Origin: Guillardia theta CCMP2712
Taxonomy: Eukaryota > Protista > Cryptophyta
Assembly (NCBI RefSeq): GCF_000315625.1
Contig: NW_005434658.1
Location: forward strand, 649,139 to 713,138
Direction of reading: 5' to 3'
Length of the DNA stretch: 64,000 nt
Part shown: positions 24,211 through 36,374 of the stretch, piece by piece
Layout of the letters: every line of letters starts with the position of its first letter
Numbering within the stretch: position 1 is the first letter of the stretch
Position numbers and translations under genes: made by a program
The notes under the pieces: model-generated
What the model was told of the DNA's origin: nothing
Database searches by the model: none
What the model saw: only the letters and a program-made list of their open reading frames with translations

Positions 24211-26678
24211 ATGCCGGCAGCTGCAGCGGTGAGGGAGGAGGGAGGACTGGACCTACCGCCATGGCACCGGCCACCCCCTGCCATGCAACGAGATCGCTTT
24301 CCTCGTCCCTCTCCTTCCATCGACAGCAACCCATACGAAGGAGCTCTAGGGCCTGCGGTTGTGGAAGGTGGCATCATGTCAAAGACGCATGCTCGCTCAG
24401 ACGTATCAACCTTGATCAAGACGCCGCAGGAGGTTTGGAGAGTTGGCAAGCAGCCAACCATACCAGCTGATCGCCCGCTCCCTGGTGTCCACAGTGAGAC
24501 CCGGGCAAGCCAAAGAGTGCCTTCCTACAAGCGGGGCAACGCAAACGCCTCCAGAGTTGTGGCGTCGAACTTTGAACGCCTTCCTGATACTTTCACGATC
24601 AAGTCAACGACGGCGATCTGGCAGAAGACTATGATTGACGTGCAAGGGGGACAGTCGACCATGGTAGACTCAGTGTACATCAAACCGACTAAGAACACCT
24701 CGCTACCTGCTCTTGGCAGTCATGACGAAACCAGGCAAGAGAGCATCTCGCCGGTGCGATCCCGCAGTGCGACGGGGTACTCGGAGATGGACTCGAGTGT
24801 GGGGAGGAGGAGGGAGTCGAAGAATGAGGTCGAACGAGCGGAGTCGAACCTGATCCAGCTCAAGGCCCATCTGAACCGTCTGCAGCAAGCCGTGCAGGAC
24901 AGGGAGGCAGAGCTGACGAGGCTTCTGAGCGCGAGGAGCCGTGTTGAGCGGGATGAAGCTAAGATCAGCGAGAGCGAGAGGGAGTTCGAGGAGTTTCGCA
25001 GGAGGGTGGAGGCGAGAGTGGCTTTGTACGAGGGCAGGTGTCAAGACCTTGCCCGGCAGCGACAGGTCAGGACCAAGAGCCGCTGTCTCCCCTTGAGCTA
25101 ACATGCAGCGCGCTGCAGGTGCTGGAAGAGGTACTGAAACGAATGCGTTCAGCGCACAAGGAAAAGAACCAGAGGCTGGGACAGGTGCGAGAGGACGTCC
25201 GTTTGTTGAACATACAGATAGAGGAGTCCAGCCAAGAGCTGCAGAACCTGCTGAGGACGAGGGATCAGACGGTAGAGGGTCTGCATGCGATGAAGGCGAC
25301 AATAGAAGAGGAGAACAGCAAATGGATGCTGGAGATCGCAAGGCGGCAGGTTCTTCGACTGTCCGCTGTGACTCTGTGCGGAGAGTGACAAGATGTTATG
25401 TAGGAGAAAGCTGAGAGGCTGCTGGCGGAGACCAAGGCTCTGGCGGAGAAGATGAAGAAGAACAAACTTCTGCAGGAACAATTGCAAGCTGACAACGAAG
25501 CGATGGTGACCTGAATGGCTGCTATTGAAAACCATCTCGCATTGTGACCCCGCAAACAGAAAGAGCTTGCACGAAGGAGAGCGATCGAGAGAAGAACGTC
25601 TTACAAAGAAGAGTATGACAAACTCCTCGAACAAAAGCGACGTCCCGATGCGGAAGTGCCGGTGCTTTCCATCCTAATTCAAAGGTGTGCGTTTCCTGCT
25701 GACTTGATTGGCAGTGGTTGGATCCCAGGATTGAGGAGGGTATCAATCGAATCCTCGATGCAGCTGGAGCGTCAGATATACAAGATGCGATTCAGTTCTT
25801 TCACCAGATGAAAGATCGACGGAAGGTGCCGCTAGAGCCTCTGACGTCGCTAGTGGTGACTTGGCGCATCCAGGGGCTGGAGATTCTTCAGGAGGACCTT
25901 GAAAGGCGCAAGAGAAAGTACATCCAGGACTTCACAAGTACTGTAACTGTGAGCTACGAGCCCGTCCAAGACGCATCCGTGCGAGAGTTTGAGATGTCGA
26001 TTCAAGACATCGAGCAACATGCGGCGCAAGCAGATGCGTTGAATGAGGTAGGAGCACATGGGCTAAAAAGGCTGCACTGAGTGAAGCTCAGGCCATGAGA
26101 GAACTGATCGGAAGCGCGTACGGCTGGTTGAAGGACCAACTGAGACGCATCGTGATGATCATGGAGGAGGAGAGGTCTGGTGACCCGGGCGGCACAAGGC
26201 AGACGTGTGACGCTGCTGCAGTGCCATCAGAGAGATTCATGCTTTGATCAAGCGAATGCCGAGGATAGGAGAAGAAGAGCGTCTGATCTTGTGGATGGTG
26301 GATGCCTTGCGAGCCATACAGGTGTCTCTCCCCATTCCTTGTTTGCTCGCCTCCTCATTCCCCTGCAACAGAAAGTCCCGCAGGCTCCCCAGCGCGATCT
26401 TGGATCCTCTCGCTACTCGTTCAGAGAGGCAACACAGGGAGCAAACGTTGGTGTGTCAGACAGCACCTCATTCTCAACTTACTGCTCCTCACTCACTTGC
26501 TCTTGTTGCTGTCAGTGTCATTGACTTGGATGTAGCAGGAACGACAGTAACGGCCATCACATCCAACCAGGTCGAAATCGCCTTTCTGTGTCTTGGGCGG
26601 GTTGTCGGGATTCACTTATGATTGCAGACTTTGGTTATGTCCGGGCGGGAAACTGAGAATCGAATGTCCATGTTGTGA
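24211..26678 (+). CDS. Coiled-coil protein, possibly outer dynein arm docking-complex-like (CCDC63/114/151-type)
   Basis: Multi-exon long coiled coil; IEEGINRILDAAGASDIQDAIQFF resembles ODA-DC segments; family assignment weak. Confidence 0.45.
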
Positions 26679-26900
26679 GATTGTACATAGTTGAAACTCA
26701 ATCATGTAAAATAGAAATATTCAATTCACATCATTCAGCGCACGCTAGTGTTAACAGTAGAATACATTGCTGGGTACAAAACAAAGTCGGTTCCTCATTT
26801 CTTCCTCGACCTCATTATTTCCCCGTATCATCTTTGTGCATTGGCTTCGTGTCGTCTCTTCCAACTCTGGAACAAGAGGTCCTGCAATGAGGGTGAGATG

Positions 26901-29900
26901 TCAGGAAACCACATGAACAATCATCACCGTGGTGGAAGGCGACGAGCACGGGAGGGACCTGGGCTGCTCCTGACGAGGGGGAGTGAGGAGAGGACAAGTC
27001 GAGTCGGTGCGGCTCACCTTCGGTTCACCGCTCCTGGGGACATGACAAGAGTGGCAGGCGACGGCCAAGTCAGACGAGGGGGCGGCCTTTGACCGCCTTA
27101 GCTGCCGATCCACGGAGGAGTCGGAGTCAGAGAACTTGTCAGGCGAGCCAGAGCCCGAGCTGCTTCGTCCCCATAGAGCATCTTGATCGCAGTTGGACGG
27201 TAGACCATCGCGTCCCCAACGCCGCTCGGGGAAGCTGGCGGAGTCCGAGAGTGCAGAGCTCATCCCGCTCCTCACGCGCATCTGCCAGCCAGGTCATGGG
27301 CAGGTCGAGGGCCTCCGGCCTCAAACCTCGTCGGCCGTCTCAGCCTCGCAGTCCTCTGAGTTGATGGTGCTCAAGCGCGAGTCCCGTGTCGATGACATGC
27401 TCTTGACGACGGGGCTGCAGAGCAGGAGGGTGAGCAGGATGTGCGGGGGAGGTGAAAGAGGCAGAGATCACCTGGTCGAGCTCAGCCTCCTTCCCTTGAG
27501 GACGTTGAGCTCGGACCGGAGCCTGGATATGTGATCTTGCAACTGGGAGGAGGTCAGAGAGAGAGATCTCCAGGAGTGACACGCGACCTGTGAAGGCTCC
27601 TGACTGATCGTTCGCATCTGATCTCGGATGAGAAGACTCCGGGGGGAGGGCTCGACCTTGTACAGATCCTTCTCGTCCTGCCCTTCGTGGTTGTGGCAGC
27701 TGGACGAGTAGGAGGTACACTTCGTTTCTCCGTTGGCACTCCATGTAGCATGCGATACTTGAGTGTCATGCTGCCGCCCTGCAGTCGAACCGTGATTACT
27801 CGAGTGACAGGAATTTCAACCGTCAAGGTCTCGACCCTCACCTAACGCCTTCACGCTCTCCTGGTCATCCGATGAAGACTCCCGCATGCTGTCTGCATAC
27901 TCTGCCGCCATCGTTAGGGAGTTGCAGGTGCCGTCACGTCCTGGTACCGTTCGAGATGACAGCAAAAGCTGAATCCGCATAGACATCCTGCCCATGTTGT
28001 GCACTTCCTCGTCTTCCGCCTGCTCGCACACGGTTCAGAACGACACGACAAGGTTGCAAGCACTGAAACCTCTGTGAACTTGAGCTCTTGCCAAGTCCGA
28101 ACCCCCATGAGCAATCCTGGTCCTCTCCTCAACAGGTTCTGGCAGCTCAGAGACCAAGAGCGCGTGATCGCCATCTGATCCGGACTTGCTTTGGTCTGAG
28201 GACGTACTCGAAAGACTTTCTTGGAGGTGCACGCGGAGCAGGTCGAGCTTTGCGTGCAGTTGCTGTCAATGCAATGAGGAAACAACCTTGCAAGAGATCA
28301 GAGCGAATCACCTTAGCTTCGGACATCTCTTCCTCATTCTTGAGATTGGCGTCCTCGCTTGCGAACATCAAGGTTTCCAGGCTCTGACCAGTGAGACCCA
28401 CGTAGGGCGTCTGAGCATCCTCAGATAGTCCTCGGAAGCAAAGTTCGTCGCTGAGAGCTGAGGGAGATGTAACAGAGGCACGCTTCCCTCCTCTGATCCC
28501 CATGTCGATGGAAGCTAGCGCGGGAGATTGGCGAGATCGGGAGAGCAAGCTGGGAGACATCGGGTTGTGCACTCTGTCAAGCAGCATGGCATGCTGATCA
28601 TGACTGAGGTAAATTCCCTGAGCGTCAGAGCCTGTGAAACCATTGAAAGAGTTTGATGAATCAGGTCCGCTGTCTTTGACAAACATCCGCCTCTGCTGGA
28701 TTTGCTGAAACATGACTTTGTTGAAGTCTTGGCCGGTATCGGCATCACAATCAGTCGTGAGTTCCTGCTTGGATGATACTCCTCCGTCGCCCCTCGCGTC
28801 TTGCACATTCTGCCCCAAGTTCTCGAAGAAGTAAAACCTTGAGCTGGAGTTTTGCAGCGTTGCACCAATAGCATTCATCGGCGACCAAGGGACCGAATGA
28901 ACAACTTTTTGACCCAACGTCCTCTCACTCTGAATCAAGTTTGCAGTTGGCAAGCTTCTTGGCCCGGCACTTTGCGGGTTGAGATTTTTCAAGATGTTGT
29001 CAAAAGCTTCACTGCCGTAGACGTTCTTATGCTCCTCGCGATCATGCCTCTGATATTCCTCCGAACTGAACATATAGGCCTCCGTTGACGGAGGGTTGGT
29101 TGCAAAAGATGACGGAAAGCGATAGAACGAAGAATGCTCGTCTCTTGCATTCATCTCTTGGATGTATTGCGGGTCAAAGTCAGACCTCAAAATTGATGGC
29201 GGCGAAGGTTTCGAAAATGTAGACGCTACAGACGCGCTGTTGACAGACCCATCCATCTCCTCCAGTGCGTTGTCAGCAGCATCGACACTCTCGCAATGAT
29301 GCTTCAGAAAACGGAAAAAGTTCAAGATATGACCAGGATGAGCAGAGGCTAGACTGTGAATGTCCATGTTGAAGATCACGTCTATGTAAACCAGTGAGTC
29401 GAAGCTGCAATGAGTTGGTTGCAAGATTACCTTTCTGATGGAAGAAGTTCTGAATGACTAGAAAGTTCTTCTGTCTCTCATATGAGTGTGGAGCATTGCG
29501 CATGATCTTTGACATGGGAAACTTTCTTTTGTAAGCCAGATTGAGAGCTTGGCAAAAGTGAAATGCGTCATGCAGTTGATGAAAGTTCCGAACTTTCTCC
29601 CCGATATACTTGGAAATCCTAGATTACGTAGCAAATCAACAGAGTCAGTGGAAGAACCAGGTTGAGGCTCCTGACTAACCATGAAAGAAGCTCGGACTTT
29701 CCGATATGCTGCCACTTGCAAATAGCCGATGTCGTTGGCGAATCAATTTTCTGTTTTCGTTCTTTTGAGTTGGTCATGGCTTTCATCGAAGTGTGCTTGT
29801 TCTCATGTGAGATCGTTGATTTGCTGCTAGGTATGTTCCTATCAGGTTACGTTCATTAGACAGCCAAAACATCAAGTTGCGTGAGAACACAGGCTCTCCT

Positions 29901-29976
29901 GAACCATGAGAAATGTTCTTGCAATCAACTACCATTCTCATGTAAAGTCTTCCGTCCAATTTTTGGATTTGTCATC
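26901..29976 (-). CDS. Hypothetical protein (multi-exon, large central exon ~28280-29400); ends approximate
   Basis: 425-aa ORF 28147-29424 plus flanking exon-like ORFs; S/Q-rich, no domain recognised. Confidence 0.5.
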
Positions 29977-30967
29977 AACAAATATCCACCTTTAGACTCT
30001 CCTGTCTTGCATCTAAAGGAAACTCCCTACATGCATTATCTTGCATCTTGGGCATTTTGGTGTTCCTGCTTCAACATCCTTGTTCTGGGTGCTCAGTCTC
30101 CCTCCCTCCCTCCCTCCCTCCCTCTGACATTCTCCCCACCCGCTCTCCTTCCTCCCTGCATTTCGATCGCTTGATCTTCTCATACACCCGACGTCCCACC
30201 CGTGCCACCCCCTCGACCAATCACCCTACCGTATTACCTACCTCCACCACCATATCACCCTGTTTTCAGGCCAACGTAATTTAGCCATGCTCAAGGTCGG
30301 ATTTTCTATAATTATGATGATATGAAATTAAGCCAATGTGCCTGGATGGACCTGGTGATCCCTCTCTTCACCCCATCAGTTCATTGTCAGGCGGGCTACA
30401 TGACCCTACCGACCTTCTTTTCACACCACCACTACCCCTTCATTGATACGATTTGCTCCTCGGTCGGTCTCCGAACAAAATTTGCTCCGTATACCCCTAC
30501 TTTGAACAGAGAAATCATGGGTACTCAGTATCACCACCCGGGGAGCATCAGTTGAAAGACGGGGTATCACCACCCACCCCGTATCATCTGAGTTGAAAAT
30601 CACCCGCAATTCCGGGGTAGCGGAACACATTCCGGCCAGGTAGGGTAACCACAGTGGGTACGGTAGAAGGCCTTGAAAGAGCTCTGGACCAGGGGTGGAG
30701 CAGCACTTGTCAAATCAACAAGAGTATTCCAGGGGGTGGGTACTGTTGGGCTTTCCGGGGTTCGCACTCAGTGGGGTGGTCAATGATCAGCAACCAGAGA
30801 AAGAGGGGTACTTGAAGGTCCCAAACAGGGGTACTTTCGGATGGCCCCCCGACAGCGGTCCGGTCAGTGCCAGAGGCTTCAAGGACAGTAGGGTGGGGTG
30901 GGTGGTACTCAGGGACGGTACCCGGTCGCAGCAATCACTGACTTTACTCAAGATGATAGCCGAGAGC

Positions 30968-31319
30968 TTCTTTACTCAAAGTTAAGTTAAAAATCAGTAC
31001 GAGGACAATCAGGAGAGTCGAGGAGGCTTGACCCTGACACTGTCGCACAGGCCAAACGGCGAGAAGAGAAAAGACAGCGAGAACCAAACCCAATCCTGCC
31101 GACTGCTGTCCCCCATGGCCGAGAGCATTGACGTCCCAGCCTTTCTTTACTCAAAGTTAAGTTAAAGATCAGTACGAGGACAATCAGGAGAGTCGAGGAG
31201 GCTTGACTGCGCGCAGGAGTCACAATCAGTGAGAGTCCCCGGCGGCATTGCACCCGCGTACCCATCATTTCTCTCAAACTTTCCTCAAAGTTAAGTTAAA
31301 AATCAGTACGAGGACAATC
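30968..31319 (-). repeat. Three direct copies of the same conserved element (30968-31032, 31143-31207, 31279-31319)
   Basis: Copies 1 and 2 match at 64/65 bp; copy 3 shares the ~41-bp core; spacers are unique. Confidence 0.95.
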
Positions 31320-32399
31320 CGAGTCTCGCAACCCGGCCGCGCAAACACTGATCGGATGATGATGAGAGCGACCGGTCGTCACGAAAGTTCAAACAAGCGG
31401 CCCCGGCCCGGCATACCCGACGGCGATGAACTTGGTCACTCTCGCCAGCCGGCCCGCGGTCCGAACCGTCGGCACTGCCAGAGTCGGTCCGTGACGCCGG
31501 ACGGTGCTGCCACCGTGGCACCTGGCCGGGCCCGCACGGTACGGTCAACGGTCAGTGCCGCCCCGGCGGCCGCGGCCTGTCGACCGCCGCCGGGCCCAGT
31601 GGGGCGCCGCCGCCCCGCCGCGCCGGGCCCCGGGGCCCAGTCATACAAAAAATCAAGAGACTGTACCTGCGGACCCAAGATAACTAAAATGTTTTCTCAA
31701 CTTCGTTTAGCGCGCTAGCAGCTGCATTTTAGAGAGAGAGGGGGGGGGAAGGGGGGGAAGGGGGGGAAGGGAGGTGTGAAAGGGGGGAGGCAGCAACGGA
31801 CAAAGAAGTCGAGATGAAAGATGAGGTTTGTGTTGTAGAACAGCGGAGAATGTGTGAGATATGGGGTGTAGATGCATCTTTGGTCCTCCCCCCTCTTCGT
31901 TGTGTTGATTCGCAGGGGAGTCGATGTTTGGCTGGGTTGATTGGGCGCCAGCTTCTCCGCGCTCTCATACCAAGTTTGAGTTGCTGGCCAACTTCAAGTT
32001 TCTTAATCATGTCCATGCTCGTGTGTTTCAGTCGATGCGTAATGTGGCAGTCCACACTCCCTCAATCATGCTGGCTTTGTCAAACTTCGTTGCTGGGTTT
32101 GGGTAAAAACTGCAACTTCATAATTTGCACAAAGAATTTCATCTCAATGCACATTTTTAGTATACAGGATCTCATCTGCAGTTGCTTCAGGCTATCTGAG
32201 AAATTCTAGGACGTCAAAGAGTCTGAGCAAAGCAGTCATGCAGGTTTGAGGAGCTTTGTGCCGCCCGTAAAATTTCTTGTTCACAACGGTTATCAGATCT
32301 TCCTGCGAACTTTGGACGAAGAGACACTGAGTGTAGAGCTGGGGTAAGCTCAAAAATTCTTCAGAGGTTCGTAATTTTGCCTTGCTCCTGACGTCTCCA

Positions 32400-33931
32400 C
32401 AGGGGGAACGACACAGTCGAAGCCCTGGTGGAGCATTACAAGGCGACAAGGCAAGGTGTAGGGCAGATTCATGAGAGCGGCGATCTTCGAGTTGTCTTTG
32501 GTGGCATTGAGATTCAAGATGAATGCAAACCGCTGCAATACTATGGCATGGCGGAGGGAAGCACTGTTTTCTTCCACCAGAAGTTGCGAGGTGGAGGCTG
32601 TGATGGTGGAACCACCGCTCAGCAAAGAAAGTTTCTCCGTCAGGCGCATAAGAAGAAGAAGGCAAGCTAGAGGAGTTCTTGTACTCGCTGAAGTTGAGCT
32701 CTAGGAAACTCTCCGAGATCACTCAGAGGAGATGAGGGCAAGGTGGCACTATTGTGCAGCCTCCGGACAAGTGCGCGTTGAAAATGCCCCAAATCATTCC
32801 CCTGATGTCTTCGTGCAGCCACTCCGTCCCCCGATGGTCACATGTGATCTCGGCTACATCTTCATCAAAGAGGAGGTGATGAAACAGCTGTTGACTAAGA
32901 CTCTCCACAAGGATCATCAGGTAGTTTTGAACAGGACAAACTTGCGTCTCCTTCTCACGATGATGACCCCAGCACATCCGCAAGCTCAAAGACTTGTACA
33001 ATATCGAGATCAAGGAGAATCCAGAATGGGACCCCAAGAAGGGCGTCGAGAACAGCTATGAGAGTATCTACTTGATCTGCTTCTGTTCCCCATTCTAAGT
33101 CTCGAACTTCAGCCGGAGGACAAGATCGCTTTCTTTGCCCTATCACTGGACGACCTGGCAATGGCAAAAATCAGTTTGTTGCCCTCAAGACTTGTGGTCA
33201 CGTTTTCTGTGAACAAGCTCTGCGACACGTAACAGTCGCTTCATTCTGAACTGGTCTCACAACTTTTGTGGCAGCTTGGTGGAGAGGCTTGCGTCATTTG
33301 CAATGCTCCCTTCTCCAAAGCAAAGGATGTCGTTCATCTCACGCCTCCAGCAGATGTTCTTGCTCAAAAACGCAAGGTTGAATGCATTACGATCTGTCTG
33401 GCAGTTTCTCATTCTCCTTCAGGCGTTGGAAGATTCAAGGCTAGAAGAAAAGCTAGCCAAGGAAGCAGCAAAATCTGCTGAAAACGTTGAAGCTGAGAAT
33501 GGAAAGAAGAGATCGATGAATGCTACTGGTATGACATTACGTCTTTTCTCTTTGTTTCTTGCTGAACAATGTATGTAACAGAAGTCTCCGAGAAAAAGGC
33601 GAAAATAGAAAAGCTTTGTGGTGCGGGAATGAAGGTGTTTGACATCTTGACTCCCTGCAGAAGAGCTCTGCATAGTCTTATCGCCTATCTTCAGGTCGGT
33701 GAGATTCACGCCAGCTTGACCAACACGATCGCCAAGTCAGCTAACTTGGGGACGGAAGCTCATGCAAACAAAGTGAGGAGAATTAGTGTCAAATGTTCGT
33801 CTGAAAGAGTCTCTCAGGCGAAGGAGAATCAAGTGTATGCCAGCATGTTCAAGAAGCACAACAAGGACGCCAAAGAATATGACGCAGCTTGGGGGCAGGG
33901 AGCGATGGCGGGTGTGCTGGGAGGGCGATAA
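32400..33931 (+). CDS. RTF2: RTF2 with N-terminal ubiquitin-like domain; start approximate
   Basis: LRVVFGG..IQDECKPLQYYGMAEGSTVFFHQKLRGG-GCDGGT, RWHYCAASGQPL..PMVTCDLGYIF, HIRKLKD, FLCPITG, CGHVF, CVIC. Confidence 0.9.
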
Positions 33932-33999
33932 AAACTTCCGCTCTGTCAGCTGCCGCTGTGGTCTGTTATGAATCCTAGTGCACAATGGGGCCTGGCCTG

Positions 34000-35550
34000 C
34001 AGGGCCGCCATCATGGTTTCCAGAGTCAGGTCGCCTCCCGCCGCCACTGTACTCAGGTAACGATGGCCCGACTCGGACGTCAGCTCGGCTGCCCCTGGTC
34101 CTGGTGACACGGACCCGGCGGCCCGGAGGCTCTCCGCTGTCACACTGACTCTGACTCTGTCACGGGGCCCGGGCGCGGCTGAGCCCGGACCCGGCCTGCC
34201 AGTGGGTCCGGGCCCCGGTGGCCTGTGCCACCATGTCAGCTGCCGCTGAGTGTCTCGGAACAGGCCCCGGGACTCCGATTGCCGCCGCTGAGTGCCGCCG
34301 CCGGCCCCTCAGTAAATTATGATGTTCAGTAAACTTTTAACTTAGGCATGGGCCCGTCGGAACTTGCCGGGCCGCCGTCGAGCCATCATGGCGGCATGTG
34401 AGGCTAGCAAGCGGCCTGTTCGCGAGCCCCTTCAGTGCCAAGTTAGTGGGGCCCGGTCCGGCCGGGAGGCCCGGGGGCCGGGCCCCGGCCCGGCGGCGGC
34501 CGGCGGCCGGGCGGCGGCGGCGGCACACCGTCACCCTGCACCGTTACTGAACGGTTGACCGTACCTCTGGACTAGCCTGTGACTCAATGACAACTTGACT
34601 CGGCGGAGCACAAGTTTGTTAGACTTCAACCCGGGGGCCGGGCGTACTGTACACGGTACCGTACCGTACTGTGCCGTGCCGCAGTGCGGCAGTGGCAACC
34701 GTCAGTTTCAACCGGTCCGGTCGGTCACGCAGACATCATGGCATATCGACCTCAGTTGCAACCGTTGAATACAGTTTTTGCTCAAGACCGAGTTTACTAA
34801 TTGAATCATGCACACGAAACCAGAATTCTGAGTGAGGACTGAGCCGCGTCACCGCGATGTGAAACCCACTCTGAGCCTCGGAAGCTTGACTCAGTGATGC
34901 CGGGCGGGCCATGGCAATACGGTCTCGGAACTTGGCATGAGACGACCGTGCTTACGCGCGGCACTGTCAGACGCCGCGGCTAGCCTAGTAGGCGAAAACG
35001 GCTACACTGATGATTGCCGCCTTGAAACACGTACTGGCGTGACTCGTGAGTCATCTTGACGGTTTCAAGTACCGGCGTGACTGACAGGAGCCTCCTGGAC
35101 TCCGGGAGTTTTGCCAAGTTAAGGCGCTATCCGATGATCATGACGCCCGGCAGTGCCGGCAGCCTCGTGAGTGGCACGGCTCAGCTGGCCCGGCCCGGCG
35201 CCGGGCCCGGGGTCAGTACCGTACCGTACGGTACGGTATCGGATCACTCGGATCATCATCGAGTCGTATCCATCGGCTGATCACTGTGACAACTGATCTG
35301 ATCACAACTGGACCGTCCACCCGGGCCCCGTTCCGAACGGTTCTGGGAGTGGTTCAATTTTTAAAGGCCGCCGCAGTCTCGGACCGTACTACCCGTACCG
35401 TAGTACCGTCGGCCCGGGCCCCGGGGTCGCCGGGTGACAGTGATCGGACGCGGCTCCCGCCGGTGAGAGTCCGCGCCCGGCCCGGGCCCGGCGCCCACGC
35501 CTGTCAACTTGGTCACGGTGTTGCACCGTGGCTGCAGCTAGCCGCTGAGC
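34000..35550. promoter_or_regulatory. GC/CpG-rich palindrome-dense intergenic island upstream of RWP-RK copy A
   Basis: Dense CCGG, GGCC, GTAC and TGAC/GTCA words; perfect 22-bp palindrome TACCGTACCGTACGGTACGGTA at 35217-35238; regulatory role inferred. Confidence 0.45.
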
Positions 35551-35757
35551 TTAAGACCGATTCACAATCATTATCAAAAGGTTATATCTACCGGAAGCTG
35601 ATCTCGTGAGCCACCATCCCGACGTGCTCACGTGAAAGAGCGTGTTTTGAGGCCACTGGTTTTGCCTCCACGAGATCTCTCTGCCGCCCCACCAGTTCGC
35701 AACACACACTCTCACTCCCTCCCCTCCCCTCTCCCCTCCTCTCCCCTGAGTCCCCCT

Positions 35758-36374
35758 ATGTCCCAGCCATACCAAGCCTCTGCCCGCGCTCCTCTTCAAA
35801 CCGTGTGTGTCCATGCTCGCGTTCGCAAACCCAGCGCAGAGCAACCTGTTCGTGCTGTACATCTCAGCATCACTTCTCTCCAGCCTCTCTTCAGCGTGAA
35901 GCAGGAGGAGGCAGCAGCGATGCTGGTGAGCCATATCTGACATCTGTGATACACGTGGCTGCTCACTGACTGGGTCATCAGGGACTGTCTCTCACCAGCC
36001 TCAAGAGTGCCTGCAGACGGCTGGGACTCTCCCGCTGGCCGTACACGAGGCCAAGGCTAGGAGGAGGAAGCGAGGCCAGCGAGAGCGTGCTGGCAGAGGT
36101 AGAGGCATCGCACGATGAGGAGACAGCCGCCGCGAGAGCAGATGCTTTCGAAGTACCTTGGACCCCGCAGTGGGTGGCAGATGAAACAGGAGGCAACACG
36201 TCTCAACAAGGAACGATGGTCTTGGAAGCTAGAGCCTTGGACGAGGTTTTTGAAGGGAGCGAAGAAGCTAGAGCAGACGTCTCGTGGATCTCATGGTACA
36301 TGAGCAGAGAAATGGACGAGGATCCAGAATCGTTCCTGGATGGAGCAACAACACCTTATTGGGGTAGATTCTAA
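35758..36374 (+). CDS. RWP-RK transcription factor, copy A (186 aa; intron 35926-35981)
   Basis: LSITSLQPLFSVKQEEAAAML|GLSLTSLKSACRRLGLSRWPYTR; open frame after splicing. Confidence 0.9.

Noticed and set aside
29930-29965. Myb/GARP-like 'WTED' motif on the minus strand
   Set aside because: That frame hits a stop immediately and no other Myb residues follow
30968-31319. CRISPR array
   Set aside because: Only three repeats, long unequal spacers, no cas genes, eukaryotic context
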